A DNA stretch of 64,000 nucleotides from Proteromonas lacertae (taxonomy: Eukaryota): positions 310,001 through 374,000 of the forward strand of contig NGBS01000003.1 of assembly GCA_002245135.1 (NCBI GenBank), read 5' to 3'. The notes under the pieces were generated by a model, which was given only the letters and a program-made list of their open reading frames with translations, made no database searches and was not told the DNA's origin. Below, piece by piece: positions 51,309-64,000 of the stretch. Numbering within the stretch: position 1 is the first letter of the stretch; each line of letters opens with the position of its first letter. The position numbers and the translations under genes are program-made.

Positions 51309-51663
51309 ACTGTAATTATTAGTTTTATTATGTAATAGTTATTTCATTATTGTTTGAACAATCAGATACTAAGAATTGAGTCATAAAATAAAGTGATATT
51401 TACATAAAACATCTTATATGTGTTTAAAAACATAAATAAAGAAATGAAAATACCAATTACAAATATTGAATAATGTGGTTGATATATTATTCTTTTATTA
51501 ATTTGGAAATTAGTTTCATTTTATATTTTCTCATTTAGTAATAGTTATTGCATTGTTATTTTGATGTATAAATTATAGGTGAGATGAAACTAATATGTTT
51601 AACTAATCAACACAAATAAAAAATATATATTAACATGTCAACATAATATACTGCATTATAAGA

Positions 51664-52230
51664 TTAGAGAGTATTTGGTAGAAGATTATCAATTCTCTTT
51701 TTTATTATATCTCCATCATTTAATTGAATTAAATATTCATCATTTTCTAATACTTCTTTAATAATTCCATCCAAATCATCATCAATAATACTTACAGAAT
51801 ATCCTTTTGTTAATTCTACATTACATTGTTTATTAATTTCAATCAAATGATTTAGATTCTTTATGCTTTTTTCAATATCATCTTCACTTAAATAATCACA
51901 TATTTTAGGACCAATATATGGTTTTCTGCATATAACCATTTGACTATTTATAATAGAATGGAATAATTTATACAAAAAAGTGATAATTTCTTTGTGAATC
52001 AGATTCTATAATTAATATATTTATATTTATCATATACATACAACAATTTTTGATAAGAATTTATCATTTCTTTTTCTGTTGCATCTTTCACATTTCACAT
52101 AATCATTCACCTCTTTAATAACAGATAATAATTCATTTGAACGAATATCATCTACATAATTATTCAATAATGTAATAAGCTTTTCTAAAAATTTCTTTCT
52201 ATTATTCTCAATTCTATCAAGTGTATCTAT
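51664..52230 (-). CDS. Start-less two-exon ORF, probable former C-terminal extension of the adjacent Hsp70-like gene
   Basis: Open frame IDTLDRIENNRKKFLE... overlaps the Hsp70-like stop. An intron at about 52006-52043 joins it to ORF 51664-51975. Confidence 0.5.
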
Positions 52231-53390
52231 ATTTTACAATCATAATTATAAGCAAGAATTGTTGCTCCATATGCACAAATTTCTTCTGGATTAAAATATT
52301 TAATAATTTTTGATTCTTTAAATTTAACTTGTAATAATTCTCTTATACTCTTGATTCTTAAACCACAACCAATTAATATAATATTATCAATAATAGATTC
52401 ACTTAATCCTGATTCTTCAACAGCTGTATGTGCATAATCAACCACTCTTTTAAAAATATCCACATTTAAGCTATTAAATGTGGATAATGTTAATTCTGTA
52501 TCTATATCAGCATCTTCTAAAAACTCAACATCAATATAAGCTTGACTCAATGTTCATATTTTAGCAATTCTACAGCTTTTTCACATTCTTTTCTAAGTTC
52601 CATTTTTCTTTTATCATTGAGTGATTCTCCTGTTTTGTTTTTATATTTTTCAACATAATGATCATACAACTTATCAATGATGTTTTTCACACCTATTTCA
52701 TTATCATATTTTGAATAGATTAATTCAGATAGTTTGTTAATATTATCAGTATTAACTATATCAACATTTAATTCTCTTTCTTCTAAATCAAACACGAGAT
52801 TTGTTTCTTTATCTTTTCTTGATTGATTTTCATGAATATAAGCAATATTTGCACATATTGAAGATGAAATTACATTTATTACTTTTAAATTTGCTCTTTC
52901 AGCTGCTTCTTTTATTAATAATCTTTGATCATCATTCATATATAATGGAACACTTATCACACATTCAGTTCTACTGTCTGGATTGTTACCACATCTTATA
53001 TCAGCGCAATGTTTATTATACTTAAATATCTCACATAACAAATCTACTCCACTTACATGAATAATGCTGTTATTATATTCTAACTCTACTTTTGCTTCAC
53101 CATTATCATTTACCACTGTAAATGTCCAATCATTCATATATTCTTGTAATTCTTCATCATTATATCTCACTCCTACTAACCTTAATATGTCATACACAGA
53201 ATGACCTACAAATTCCAGATTATGTTTTGCTGCATATCCTACAATAATGTCAGGAGAATGTGGATTATAATAAACATAAGCAGGAATAGCTTTATTTGCA
53301 CCATCACTTACGAGAAAAACTTCACTAATTTGAAATACACCACATTCAAATGTTTGTAATCCTATGTTTATACCAATTTTATATTTATTC
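52227..53390 (-). pseudogene. Hsp70 NBD-only paralogue disrupted by hAT insertion and a frameshift
   Basis: Near-identical inverted copy of 42652-43747. GAACATTGAGTC versus GAACATTATAGTG gives a stop and frameshift at about 52547. The start codon is stranded at 56103-56105. Confidence 0.85.
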
Positions 53391-53646
53391 CTGGGTTGAA
53401 TAATAAAGGGACAGGGCAGTGGCGGGACAAGGGCATGTCCCGGGCAAAAATTGAAAGGGGCGTCCTTTATACTATCTAAAAATAGAAAAGGGTACAATTT
53501 GCCCTTTTCAATTATTTTATTTGAATTTTTATATTTTGTGCGATTTTAGGGATATTAAACGCTATAAAAATATTTATTCTTTTCATAATTATGTATTATT
53601 ATCTTATAACAATAACAAACAATAATATTTCATTATAATAATAGCC

Positions 53647-55452
53647 TTAAAAGTAAGGGCTTTGAGATCCTTCATCACTAAAACCTTCATCACTAGAACT
53701 TTCATCACTTAAACCTTCATCGCTAGAACTACCAGAACTTTCATCTTCATCACCAGAACATTGATAATCTAAAGTGTCATATACTATATTGTTATCAATT
53801 TCATTCAGCACATCTAAATTATATTCTTCTTCACTAATATCATTATCATCTTCATTTATATCTTTTTCTTTGTTTTTTTCTTTTAATAAATCATATTTTA
53901 TTCTTAAAATATTATTTATAGTATTAAGCTGTAATTTATTTCTAATATGATTATGAACTATTCCCTCAATACTAAATGAACGTTCAATAAATGAGCTTGT
54001 GACAGGAATAGTTGAAAGAATATCATATAGCTTCTTAACATTTGGGTAAAAAACTCCATACATATTGTACCATATATTAGTTGATATCTTTTTCGAAAAT
54101 ATATCTGAAGGGCACTTTTTGCAGTATGGTTTTCTTCTTTCAAAATGATAAATCTCATTTAATGCTTTCTGATTTAAAATAGGGCTGAATTTAGATAATA
54201 TATATCTTTTTATATTATCCTTCTCCATGTCTGAAAATTTATGTTTACTGTTTATGTCTAAAAATTCATATAGAGCTAAAATGCTGTAGTTTGCATGTCT
54301 AGTCTCTTTTTTTATAATGTCTTTAATAAGTTCTTTTTCACTTGATGACCTTTTCATTAACTTTCTTTTAATTTTGGTCAATATTCTGAAACCATCATTT
54401 AATGTAGATGAATCTTTGCATAATAAGTGTATATTTGTGGAAATATATTTTGCAATCTTGTAGCATTCTTTAATTTCTTGTATATCTTCTTCCTTTAATA
54501 ATTTTATCTGTAATAAAATTTCTTTATTGAGTAATATTTTTCTAAATACATCGCTATAGCTTGACCATCTCGTATCACAACCCTTGCGTATTTGGATATT
54601 TTTTTGTATAATTGAATATATAGTTTCTCTAATCTTTTGATTATTATTTAACTTATGAATAATGTCATTACACATGACTATCACTTTTTTGTATTTCTCT
54701 ATTTCGAATACTTTTTTACTGATTAAGTTTAGGATGTGTGCTAAACATCCAAACTTTACTACAGGTCTATTTATTTTTTTCTCTAAAATACTACTTATCT
54801 TTTTCATGGTGTAGTTGTTATCACTACTCACAGCAACAATGTTTTTAATATCTAGTTTATACTTCACTAATGTTTGAATTATTAATTCCACTATATTTTC
54901 TGATGTTTCTCGTTTATGTAAATAAATGGATTCCAAAAACGAAATATCACTGCTTTTCTTTATTGCCAAATTAATAACGTTTTCATTGGTTACTGATTTC
55001 CAAGCGTCCACAATTATACATATTTTACTGTTATCTACAATTTCCTTTACTATTCTTTCTGCTTCTTCGTTCATTGATGCTTTTATTTTGTTTATTGTTA
55101 TTGACTTTGTAGTTGGATTTAATGTATATATTAGATTTTTAAAGGATTTAGATTGTATGGTTCTGAAAGCTAAGTTATTTTCTATAAGATATTTGGTCAC
55201 CATTAAGTTTATTGCACGTTCATCATATCTCAATTATGTAAGTTTTGATTGGATTAGCTTTTCACTACATCTAATTTAATAAATATAATAAATATATTTA
55301 TACTTTTTGTAATGACGTTTCAAATTAGTGCAATGAGCAATAATCATTGCCTTGCACCTTCTGCATTGAATTCTGTTGTATTTTTCAAGGGGTTTCTTTA
55401 ACACCACATCTTCATTAAAGTATCTATACACAGCATCTCTCGTTTTACCCAT
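53647..55452 (-). pseudogene. hAT transposase (BED finger + DDE) with one in-frame stop
   Basis: BED CRRC...LKRHYKKC; IIVDAW, SSDN, CLAHILNL, TRWSS, IERSFS. Intron 55271-55303. In-frame TAA at 55234-55236. Confidence 0.85.
53669..53745. repeat. Degenerate 15-bp tandem repeat encoding the SDE-rich transposase tail
   Basis: Repeated (c/t)ttcatcacta(a/g)aac-like units; protein SSSDEGLSDESSSDEGFSDEG. Confidence 0.8.
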
Positions 55453-56294
55453 ATACAATTGAAATGCAAAATGATAGCTCGAAATTCTCAAACCATTTTC
55501 TAAGTATTGAAATAATTGCTTGAAATACATTAAGTAGTATGCAAAATATACTAAATAGTAATTTTGAAATAGTTTTTCTATTAGTTTATGAAATATATTA
55601 TGTTATTATCATAACAAGTACTATTGATTATCAATTAACTGAAAATACCCATTCTATAGCTATACTTCTTAATTATCTATATGATATATGTGTAATATAC
55701 AAAATTATTTATTATATAAATTTCATTTATGTTCAGTGACGTCAATCACCTTGAAATGTACATAATGTATATATATGCATATCAGAATATGATATACAGT
55801 ATGTATATTCTATATAATTAGTATATATGCATAAACATATGATATTATATAATCATAAGAAAAGTAGATGACTATTATGCTATAATACACAATAATATAT
55901 CCTTTTTAACATATGTTAGTATATCTAGATGATAATATGGAAAAGTTATAACAAAAAATCAGAAAAAATATACTACAGCATAACACATGGTAATATTACT
56001 ATGCCCGAGCAGTAAGGGGCAGGCTTCTTTTCAGCTGAAAAAAAAGGGGCAAAAATAGGGCAAAATTCGAAAAGGACGCCCTTTATCGAACCCAGATTTA
56101 TTCATTATTTCTAAACGCTATATCTTACAGTAAAGTGAAAAGAATATTATGAAACGACTAATAATTATTGGCTTGTTTCATTTTATTTTTTTAATTTTCT
56201 TATGAATGTCTATTTATGATATTTCTTTATAATTATTTAAGTAAGAAAGTCAGAAATAAATCAATAATATCACAAAAAATATGTTATTAAAACA

Positions 56295-57838
56295 TTATAC
56301 TTCTTTATTCAATAAACGATTAATTCTCAACGATCCTGGATGATTATATTGATTTCTCAAATAGTAATGAGGAGATTCTACACTTAACATATTTCCAAAC
56401 TATAATAAACAGATAAAAAACATATATAAATACCTCTAAATCTGTTCCTTTTAAAATATCTTTACATTCATCAACTCTTGTTTTTAATTCAACTTCTCCC
56501 AGCTTTGGACAATAATCATGTATTCTGGTCCAACCTAAATTCTCTTCATATGTTGCATCAAATTCCAGTATATTACATCCACAATAACACAGCTGTCTTT
56601 GTATATCTTTAGGCAACCATCTTGGTGCTATTATATTCACTCCTTTCATTGTACATCGACATAAAGCAATCATTTTAAACACATAACTTATTATATTGGG
56701 TATATAATTATCATAATTTTGGTATTGTTCTTCCCATCTTGAAAACAGAGGAGTATCTTTACATGGATAATATGGGGTTAAACTGTAAAATAAATTAGAA
56801 ATAAATAATTATACTCGATTGTATCAACATTATATTCTTTATAAAACTCAATATCATTAGCTAAATCTTCAACTGTTTGGCCAGGAATGCCAACCATTGA
56901 GCCACTCCATATTTGATAACCTATATCATCTAAATACTTTAAACATTTCACTCTATCTTCAAATTTCTTTGCTGCAAAGTTTATACTGTAATACAACTCT
57001 GGATTGGATGTTTCAATTCTTAAACTGTAACTAAAAATATAATAATAATGATAAAGATTATAAAATATAAAATACAATGAAGCTCCTTTATTGAAAAATC
57101 TTTCATAAACTGAACGAGGATATTCTCCAATACTTAGACCAATAACACTATGATAATTCGTCTAATAAAAATATAAAATATAAAAATTAATAAATACATT
57201 ATTATTTTTATTATATTCATTTTCATCATTCTTAATTTGATCTAAAGTTCTTTCATACCAATTGTATCTATTTTCACCAGTCTGTTCTCCAGCTTCTATT
57301 AATAGATTCTTTATTCCATAATCAAATAATTCTGTTATTGTTTCGCCAGGTTGTAATAAAACATGAGTATATCTTTGAATTTTACTTTCTCTTCTCATTC
57401 CACAATATAAACAGTTTCTTTGACACATGTTATGGTATAACATTCTACCTTCTAAACAGATACTTTTGCCAAAGTAACGCTCTTTCAAAGTGTTGGCATG
57501 AACACATAAACCATCCAACTATATATGTTAGAAAATAATTATCATATATATTATACAACTGCTTTATCTTCACATTTCAATATTTTGTTTATCTCCTTTT
57601 TATCAAGTTTCAAAATCTCACCTACATTTCAGTATAGCATAATCATATCATATTTTATTTCATACCTTGTTTGAATTTTCTACCAAGAAATTTACAAAAG
57701 GGTTTTACTTTCATAGTATAATCAACATTTTGTATATTTGGAATATGATCTACGTTTATAATGTATAATTAATATACGAAGAGTGGTTACAAGGTTTGAA
57801 AAGTTCCTTCTTAAGGAGGAATTGAATAAAGAAAACAT
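56295..57838 (-). CDS. hydE: Radical SAM [FeFe]-hydrogenase maturase HydE-like protein
   Basis: CQRNCLYCGMR (CX3CX2C), LRIETSNPELY, GSMVGIPGQTVEDLANDI, PYYPCKDTPL. N-terminal MFSLFNSSLRRNFS is presequence-like. Seven short introns. Confidence 0.8.
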
Positions 57839-57911
57839 CAATCAAGTTTGAGAATGAGTTTGTCCCAATAAATAATAAAAAAATAGTTGTTATTTTAGAT
57901 CTTTTTCTGAA

Positions 57912-60900
57912 ATGAACTATTTGAAGAGGAAGGTGAAGGGTTTAGCTCCATCTAACAAAACTGCAAATAATGATAGTTCAGCAAAAGAAAATAAAAGCGA
58001 AGATACACAAGAATCAAGTTTAAATCTTATGGTAAGCGAAACAGGGGATGAAAAAAGTCCATTTGAGGAGGACAATGAAAGTTTAGATCAAGAGAATTGG
58101 GAATCTATGAGAAGCAAGTTTGAAGATTGTATATTTTAGCTATTAATGATATTTAGTTGAAAATAATATATCATTAGTTCTTAGTTTCATTTTTCATCCT
58201 AGTGTAGAAGGAAATTATTTTCAAAAAATCAAGAAAACTACAGAATTAGTAGGATCACCTCAACTATCAATTAGTGGTGGTGGAAATCTGTATAAATCCC
58301 TTGAAGAACGTACATTTAAAACATTTCCATTGAATTTACGAATTGGTATATTGAAAGGAGTGTTAATGATAATTAATGAAAAGTATAAATGTGCATTCTA
58401 TAAATTATTATTATTATATAATCGAATAATAGATGTAATGCAATTCGTCTAAGAATAATATTCAAAGAAAAATTCAGAATTGACTATTTAGATTACATCC
58501 TTTCCTTACTCAGTAAACCAGATTGTAATATAGAAGAAGACATCATCCAATTATACTGCAAAATCATTGGAAGATTAGGAAGTGGAGGAATCTCTGTCAA
58601 AACGCTTGGAAATATATTTAAATATATGTTATTAAAACCTCATTATCAAACTTACATATTAAGTTCAATGTGTGAAATGATGAGTTATCATCGATACCAG
58701 CATGAAATATCACCTGAATATTACTTTGATTTTTATGGTAATAAGAGTGGAATAGAATATATTAGTAATAATAATGATATTGAAAATAACAACATTAAGA
58801 GTCTATTTAGTAATGGCTATTTGTTATATTTATGGATTAGACCAAATCCTGCTTCTTTATCATCCAGTAATTTGTTATTATTAACTACATCAAGGTATAT
58901 ATATATATATATATATGTTCTTTTTTAATAGTCAAATGATTGAACTAAATTTTCAAGATAGTTTATTATGTTATAATGTCCAAAATACAAACGATTCAAA
59001 GAATGAAATGACAGTTCCCTATTCATTTCAACCTTACAATTGGTATTATATAATAGTAAGCCATAAAAAGAGTGTTTTTAAAGATCAATTCAGTATAATA
59101 ATCAATGGAAATCAAATCATTAAACAGAATATATCTTATTTGAAAATCAAAGATAATTTTAAATGGATTATTGGCAAAGGATATAATGGTTTAATGGGAA
59201 GTTGTATGATGTTTTCTAGTGATGCAAAAATTGAATCAAATATTCCAACCAATTACAATATCAATGCTTTGTATAATAATCCATATATTTATAATGATGT
59301 TGATTTAATATTACATCAAAAAGAATTAATATTCTATTACAATCCAACTTTACATTATAAAAATATATTAATTGATACGTTGAGTCATAATTACAGTAAA
59401 TTACTTCCCAATACAGCAATATGGAAAGAAATATCAATTATTCAAGCATTGAATATTATTGGAGGAATAAATGTATTATTACCACTATTTACATATGTTA
59501 AAAGTATATATATACATATATATTATTATTATTTTATATAGGAGATGATAGTAAGGTTAGTTTGTGTGATATATTCTCATTATTATCATCACTTATTGAT
59601 AATAATTTCATATTATCCAGTGATATGATGAGAAGTTATGCACCAGAATCAATCGGAGTATTATTGAAGCAATTATCACACAAGTATTTAGATGAAGATG
59701 GAACAATCGAAAGTATAATCACATTAATAAAAACAATAAAGAATCAAGTCAAATTAGCTAGTACTTTAATCTATCAATTACTCAATATTAATATATGGAA
59801 GAAAACCAAATTTGAAACTCATAAAAGATTGTATGATAATATAAAGAATATAATATGTGAAGAAGATGGTAAAAGTTATTTACAGTTGAACAATTGGGTT
59901 CAATATCTATTAGATAATATTAGGCAGTTGTATTATAGTGAAATACCTCCAACATCGGTATATGGTAATTGGAATAATACTCCATCTATTGAAGTAAATA
60001 CTAAAGTGATGTTATTGCAATCACAAATCCAATCAAACTTAACAAAAGATGAGAAAGATGAATTGAGAGAAAAGTGTATGTTATTGATTAAATTAATATT
60101 TGAAAATCAAGTGTATTTATCGGATATTAAACAAATGTTGTCATTATGTATAGAAACGAAAGATAGTGGAATAATTATATCGATTTTATTATTGTTTAAT
60201 AAATTATTAAAATCAATAAAGTTTTATAATATATTACAGAACTATAAGGATGTTGATTTGATTGAATTATTCTTACATTATATTTGCAGTATATATATTT
60301 ATTATTATTATTATTATTATTTAAATAGATAATGAGAATGAAAGTGTAAGATTATTAGGTATACTTATCGTAATACAATTAACAAGATTTGATTCAACTG
60401 AAACTAAACGAAGTAGATCAAAAACATTGTTAAAATCATCAATAAAAGATAGTTCAAATTCCAATAATAACAATGCTGAAACAATTATAGTTGATTGGAT
60501 TGGATTGTTTGAAGATATTGGTGGATTTGTTATATTGAATAAGATGATAACTGAACATGAAACAACTCCTTTGAGTATCAATGTAATTATGAATTTATTG
60601 TTTTTAAGCAATACTCAACATATTGGAATTGATTATACTGTATTTATTCAACCAGTAACAATAAAAGAGAATAATACAATAAGGAATCCATTATTTTTAA
60701 CTCCCTTATTCACAATTTTAACTAAACAACCTAAAGATTATGTTATTGAAATGTTAAATAATATGAAAATATTATTTGAAAATAAAGAAAATGGAAATTT
60801 GATTGCTTATGAACCAATGTGTATTTATTCAATATTAAAGTTTTATCATGATAATATCAATAATAATACAGATCCATCAGATAGTTTACCACCTCCACCA

Positions 60901-63900
60901 CCTTCATTATCGAATGATATTAGTATGGAAGGACTAAAATTACCCAAACCAGAATCAAGCTCTACTGAAAATGAAATTTGTGAAATAACCAAATCACTTA
61001 TTTCAACTCTAATTAATATATCCATAGAGAATAATCCATTAAATTCACTGATATTTAATGATTTATATAATGCAGAATATCTTATTTCTCCAGATAATTT
61101 ATCATTGTTTTATGAATTATTGAGTAGTTGTATTGATACATTAACCAAGAAAATCAATGAAATAATAGAAGAAGGTGGTAATACAAGTAAATCAGTAGAT
61201 ACTGTAGTGAATCTATTATTAATCATTGAGCCGTTATATTTGAATTATTATCCAACTGTAAATGGAAAAATATTATATTCACCTCCACCAGAGTTGGATA
61301 AAGAGAATCATTGTATATATTGTCACGAATGTCCAGTAAATGATGTAGGTGATAATAAAAAGACAAACACTTTACATTTATATGAAGCTCAATTACCAAG
61401 TACTATCTGTTTTAAGTGTAATCATTATCATGTTCAAAGTCAAGCTCCCAATCAAACCTATCCGTTACATAATATTCTTTTTCCTTTATTTCAGAGTTAT
61501 ATTAGTCTATTAGATGATAGCGGTAATAAACAGAGTGAAATATACTGGAAAACTAATCTATCAGGCCATCCAGCTATCTATACAGTAATTAAGCTTTTAA
61601 TTCGTTTAATAACCAGTGGACCAATAGGATCACTCTATCAATACAATCTATTCTACCAATTACGAAGGTTTATTGTAGAATTACTCTCCAATAAAAACAA
61701 GCAAAACTGTGAATATATTGGTTTAATCATCGTTCATTTACACTCCTATTTGTATTACATTTACGACTTACTCGTCAAAGAACACACTAACAATTTATAT
61801 CCACCAATTAACAGTATCAAATATACAGGTGTTAATATCTACAAAGAAGGTTATAACAAGGAAGGAATTCCCAAAATCATCAATGAAATCGCAACAACAT
61901 TTAGTAATATTGTATCAATAGATCCATCACCATTACACTCAATGTTTGTTAATTATAATGATATGAAATCATTTATCAATATGCAAGCAGGTGAATTATT
62001 AGAATTAAGTGGTAAATTGAATATTGATAGTATGTTAAACAGTAAATGGTTTAATTATGAATGGGTTTATCAGCCAATAATATGTGATCAAATTAGTAGT
62101 GTCTTGAATAAGATAAATAATGAGGAAGAAGTGATTTATAATGAATTTATTGTATATAATATATTATTTCTACTTATATATATATATATATAGAAAAAAT
62201 ATAATGATTTTAAAACAATCATCAATTATAATATTGACAAATTGAAGTTAGATGTGAAGAATACAATTGAAGAGAAATATAAGATAATAATAAACAATGA
62301 AATTGAAAGATTGATAAAACAAAAGAAAAGAGAAAAACAAGAGAATGATATAAATAAAGAAAGATGGGAAAAAATATACAAAAATTTATGTTTGAAAGGT
62401 CAAGCCTGGGAAGATACTTCCGTTGAATTACATTACAAATTATCAATGAAAGTAAGTTCATCTTTTACAAGAGAATTATTGGAAATAAATTATAATTATT
62501 CAAACTATGAACAATGTATGAGACAAAATGATACACGAACTCCACGCAATGAAAATCAACCAGAAATGAAATTGTTAAAATTATCAAGTATAATTTATAA
62601 TATTTTTATATTGTTAGAATCTTTAGCTTCATCAAGTCATTCCATTTGAATGAAGCAGAAATTGAAGATGCAATAGATACAAGTATATCAGGTTATGATG
62701 ATTTATTGAATTATATTCCATTTAAAAATGCATTTTATAAAGATAAACCAATGTATATATATTCATATTCATATTATTATTATTATTATTTTATTAATAG
62801 TTATCATACAAATGCCACATTAGTTCATCCTTTAAAAGAAGTTGAAGGAATGTTTATTATTGGTAAGTACATAATATGTTTTGTAGAAACTGAATCACAA
62901 GTTATTTCAACTTGGAACTTATATGATACTACTATGTTATTCAGTAGACTTCATTTATTACAACCCAATTCAATTGAATTATATTTCTGCAATGGTGAAT
63001 CCTGCTTCTTCGTTTTTCCAACTACTGTTATTCGTAATAAGATATTTAATATTTTATTAAGTTATAATTTACCATTATTAATCTATAAACCATCTTTAAA
63101 TGCATATGATGCTTTAGTTCAGAATGGTTTTCTAAAGAAATGGCAAATCGAGAAATCTCTAATTTTGAATATTTAATGATATTGAATATATATAGTGGTA
63201 GAAGTTATAATGATATGAGTCAATATCCAGTATTTCCTTGGATTATTAAAGATTATGATAATGATAAGATTGATGTAGAAAGTGAAGAGATTTATAGAGA
63301 TTTATCAAAACCAATTGGAGCAATTGATGAAGAAAAAGCTGAAATGGTATAATATATATATTTATTTATTATATAAATAGTTAAAACAACGTTATGAAGA
63401 AATGAGAGATAGTGATATTCCACCTTTTCATTACGGTACTCATTATAGTTCAATTGGTAGTACATTATTCTATTTAATTAGAATTGAACCATTTACTAAT
63501 TTACATATTACATTTCAAGGTGGAAGGTTTGATGTTCCTGATAGATTGTTTATATCATTGAAAGCTGCATATGATAAGTATATATCTCTTATTATATTAA
63601 TAAAAAATAGGCTCGACTCAGTCAAACACTGATTGTAAAGAATTAATTCCAGAATTCTATTATAACCCATACTTCTTATTAAACAATGAAAATACAGATT
63701 TGGTGTATTATCAAATGGCGAAGAAGTGAATAATGTCACATTACCAAAATGGGCTGAAAACGCCTACGATTTTATAAACAAACACAAAGAAGCCTTAGAA
63801 AGTGAATATATTTCAGAACATTTTAAATGATTGGATTGATCTTATATTTGGTTATAAACAAAGAGGAGAAGAAGCTGAGAAATGTGTAAATATTTATTAT

Positions 63901-64000
63901 TATCTAACTTATGATGGTGCTGTAGATATGAATGAAATAGAAGATGAAAATACAAAGAAAACATATGAAGAACAAATATATCATTTTGGTCAAAGTCCAT
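57912..64000 (+). CDS. BEACH-domain protein (neurobeachin/LYST family), runs off the window end
   Basis: [60 protein letters not shown]; upstream ConA-like and PH-like regions. Several apparent indels. Confidence 0.93.

Larger units (their letters stand above)
53391..56095 (-). mobile_element. hAT DNA transposon, 2705 bp
   Basis: 8-bp TSD ATTTATTC at 53383-53390 and 56096-56103. Imperfect TIRs CTGGGTT..ATAAAGGG. Subterminal GGGCA motifs. Internal transposase. Confidence 0.95.

Noticed and set aside
53391..53497. N-terminus MYPFLFLDS... of ORF 52547-53497
   Set aside because: It is read from the transposon terminus and is not the native Hsp70-like start.
18388..53621. Stop codons created by polyadenylation (Blastocystis-type TGTTTGTT signal at 18388, 34073, 53614)
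   Set aside because: The motif follows some genes, but every gene end I could reconstruct has an encoded stop codon.
55234..55236. TAA reassignment (alternative genetic code)
   Set aside because: It is an isolated case in a transposase; TAA and TAG terminate conserved genes normally.
2680..63830. Many single-base frameshifts (about 2686, 2870, 3065, 3260, 10790, 12640, 33850-33925, 62645, 63147, 63610-63830) as programmed frameshifting, editing or mass pseudogenisation
   Set aside because: No shared slippery motif was seen, and they also hit conserved genes (BEACH, TTI1). Consensus indel errors are the simpler explanation; read polishing would decide.
1..64000. CRISPR arrays, tRNA or rRNA genes
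   Set aside because: None seen. Repeats are TAT/TA microsatellites, coding low-complexity tracts or gene duplications.

Overview
AT-rich, gene-dense eukaryotic DNA with many very short (about 26-45 nt) GT-AG introns. These introns, a HydE-like gene with a mitochondrial-type presequence and TGTTTGTT motifs after some genes suggest an anaerobic stramenopile of the Blastocystis type (inference). Housekeeping genes: RPN6, TTI1, an EH-PX-BAR sorting nexin, a PHOSPHO-type HAD phosphatase, mitochondrial bL19, UPF1, TAF10 (largely missed by the ORF track), HydE and a BEACH protein. Accessory features: (i) two convergent FN3-TM-PH receptor paralogues sharing near-identical inverted blocks and enclosing three intronless genes with an unrecognised Cys-rich domain and shared upstream motifs; (ii) a Venus-flytrap + 7TM + RGS receptor; (iii) a 57-nt AT-AC (U12-type) intron in RPN6; (iv) a 2.7-kb hAT transposon with a perfect 8-bp target-site duplication (TSD), inserted in the first codons of a degenerate Hsp70 gene that has only the nucleotide-binding domain (NBD) and an inverted near-identical twin; (v) a large He_PIG/PA14 surface protein. 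Scattered single-base frameshifts, also in conserved genes, probably reflect assembly errors. All gene models and domain calls were made by eye.
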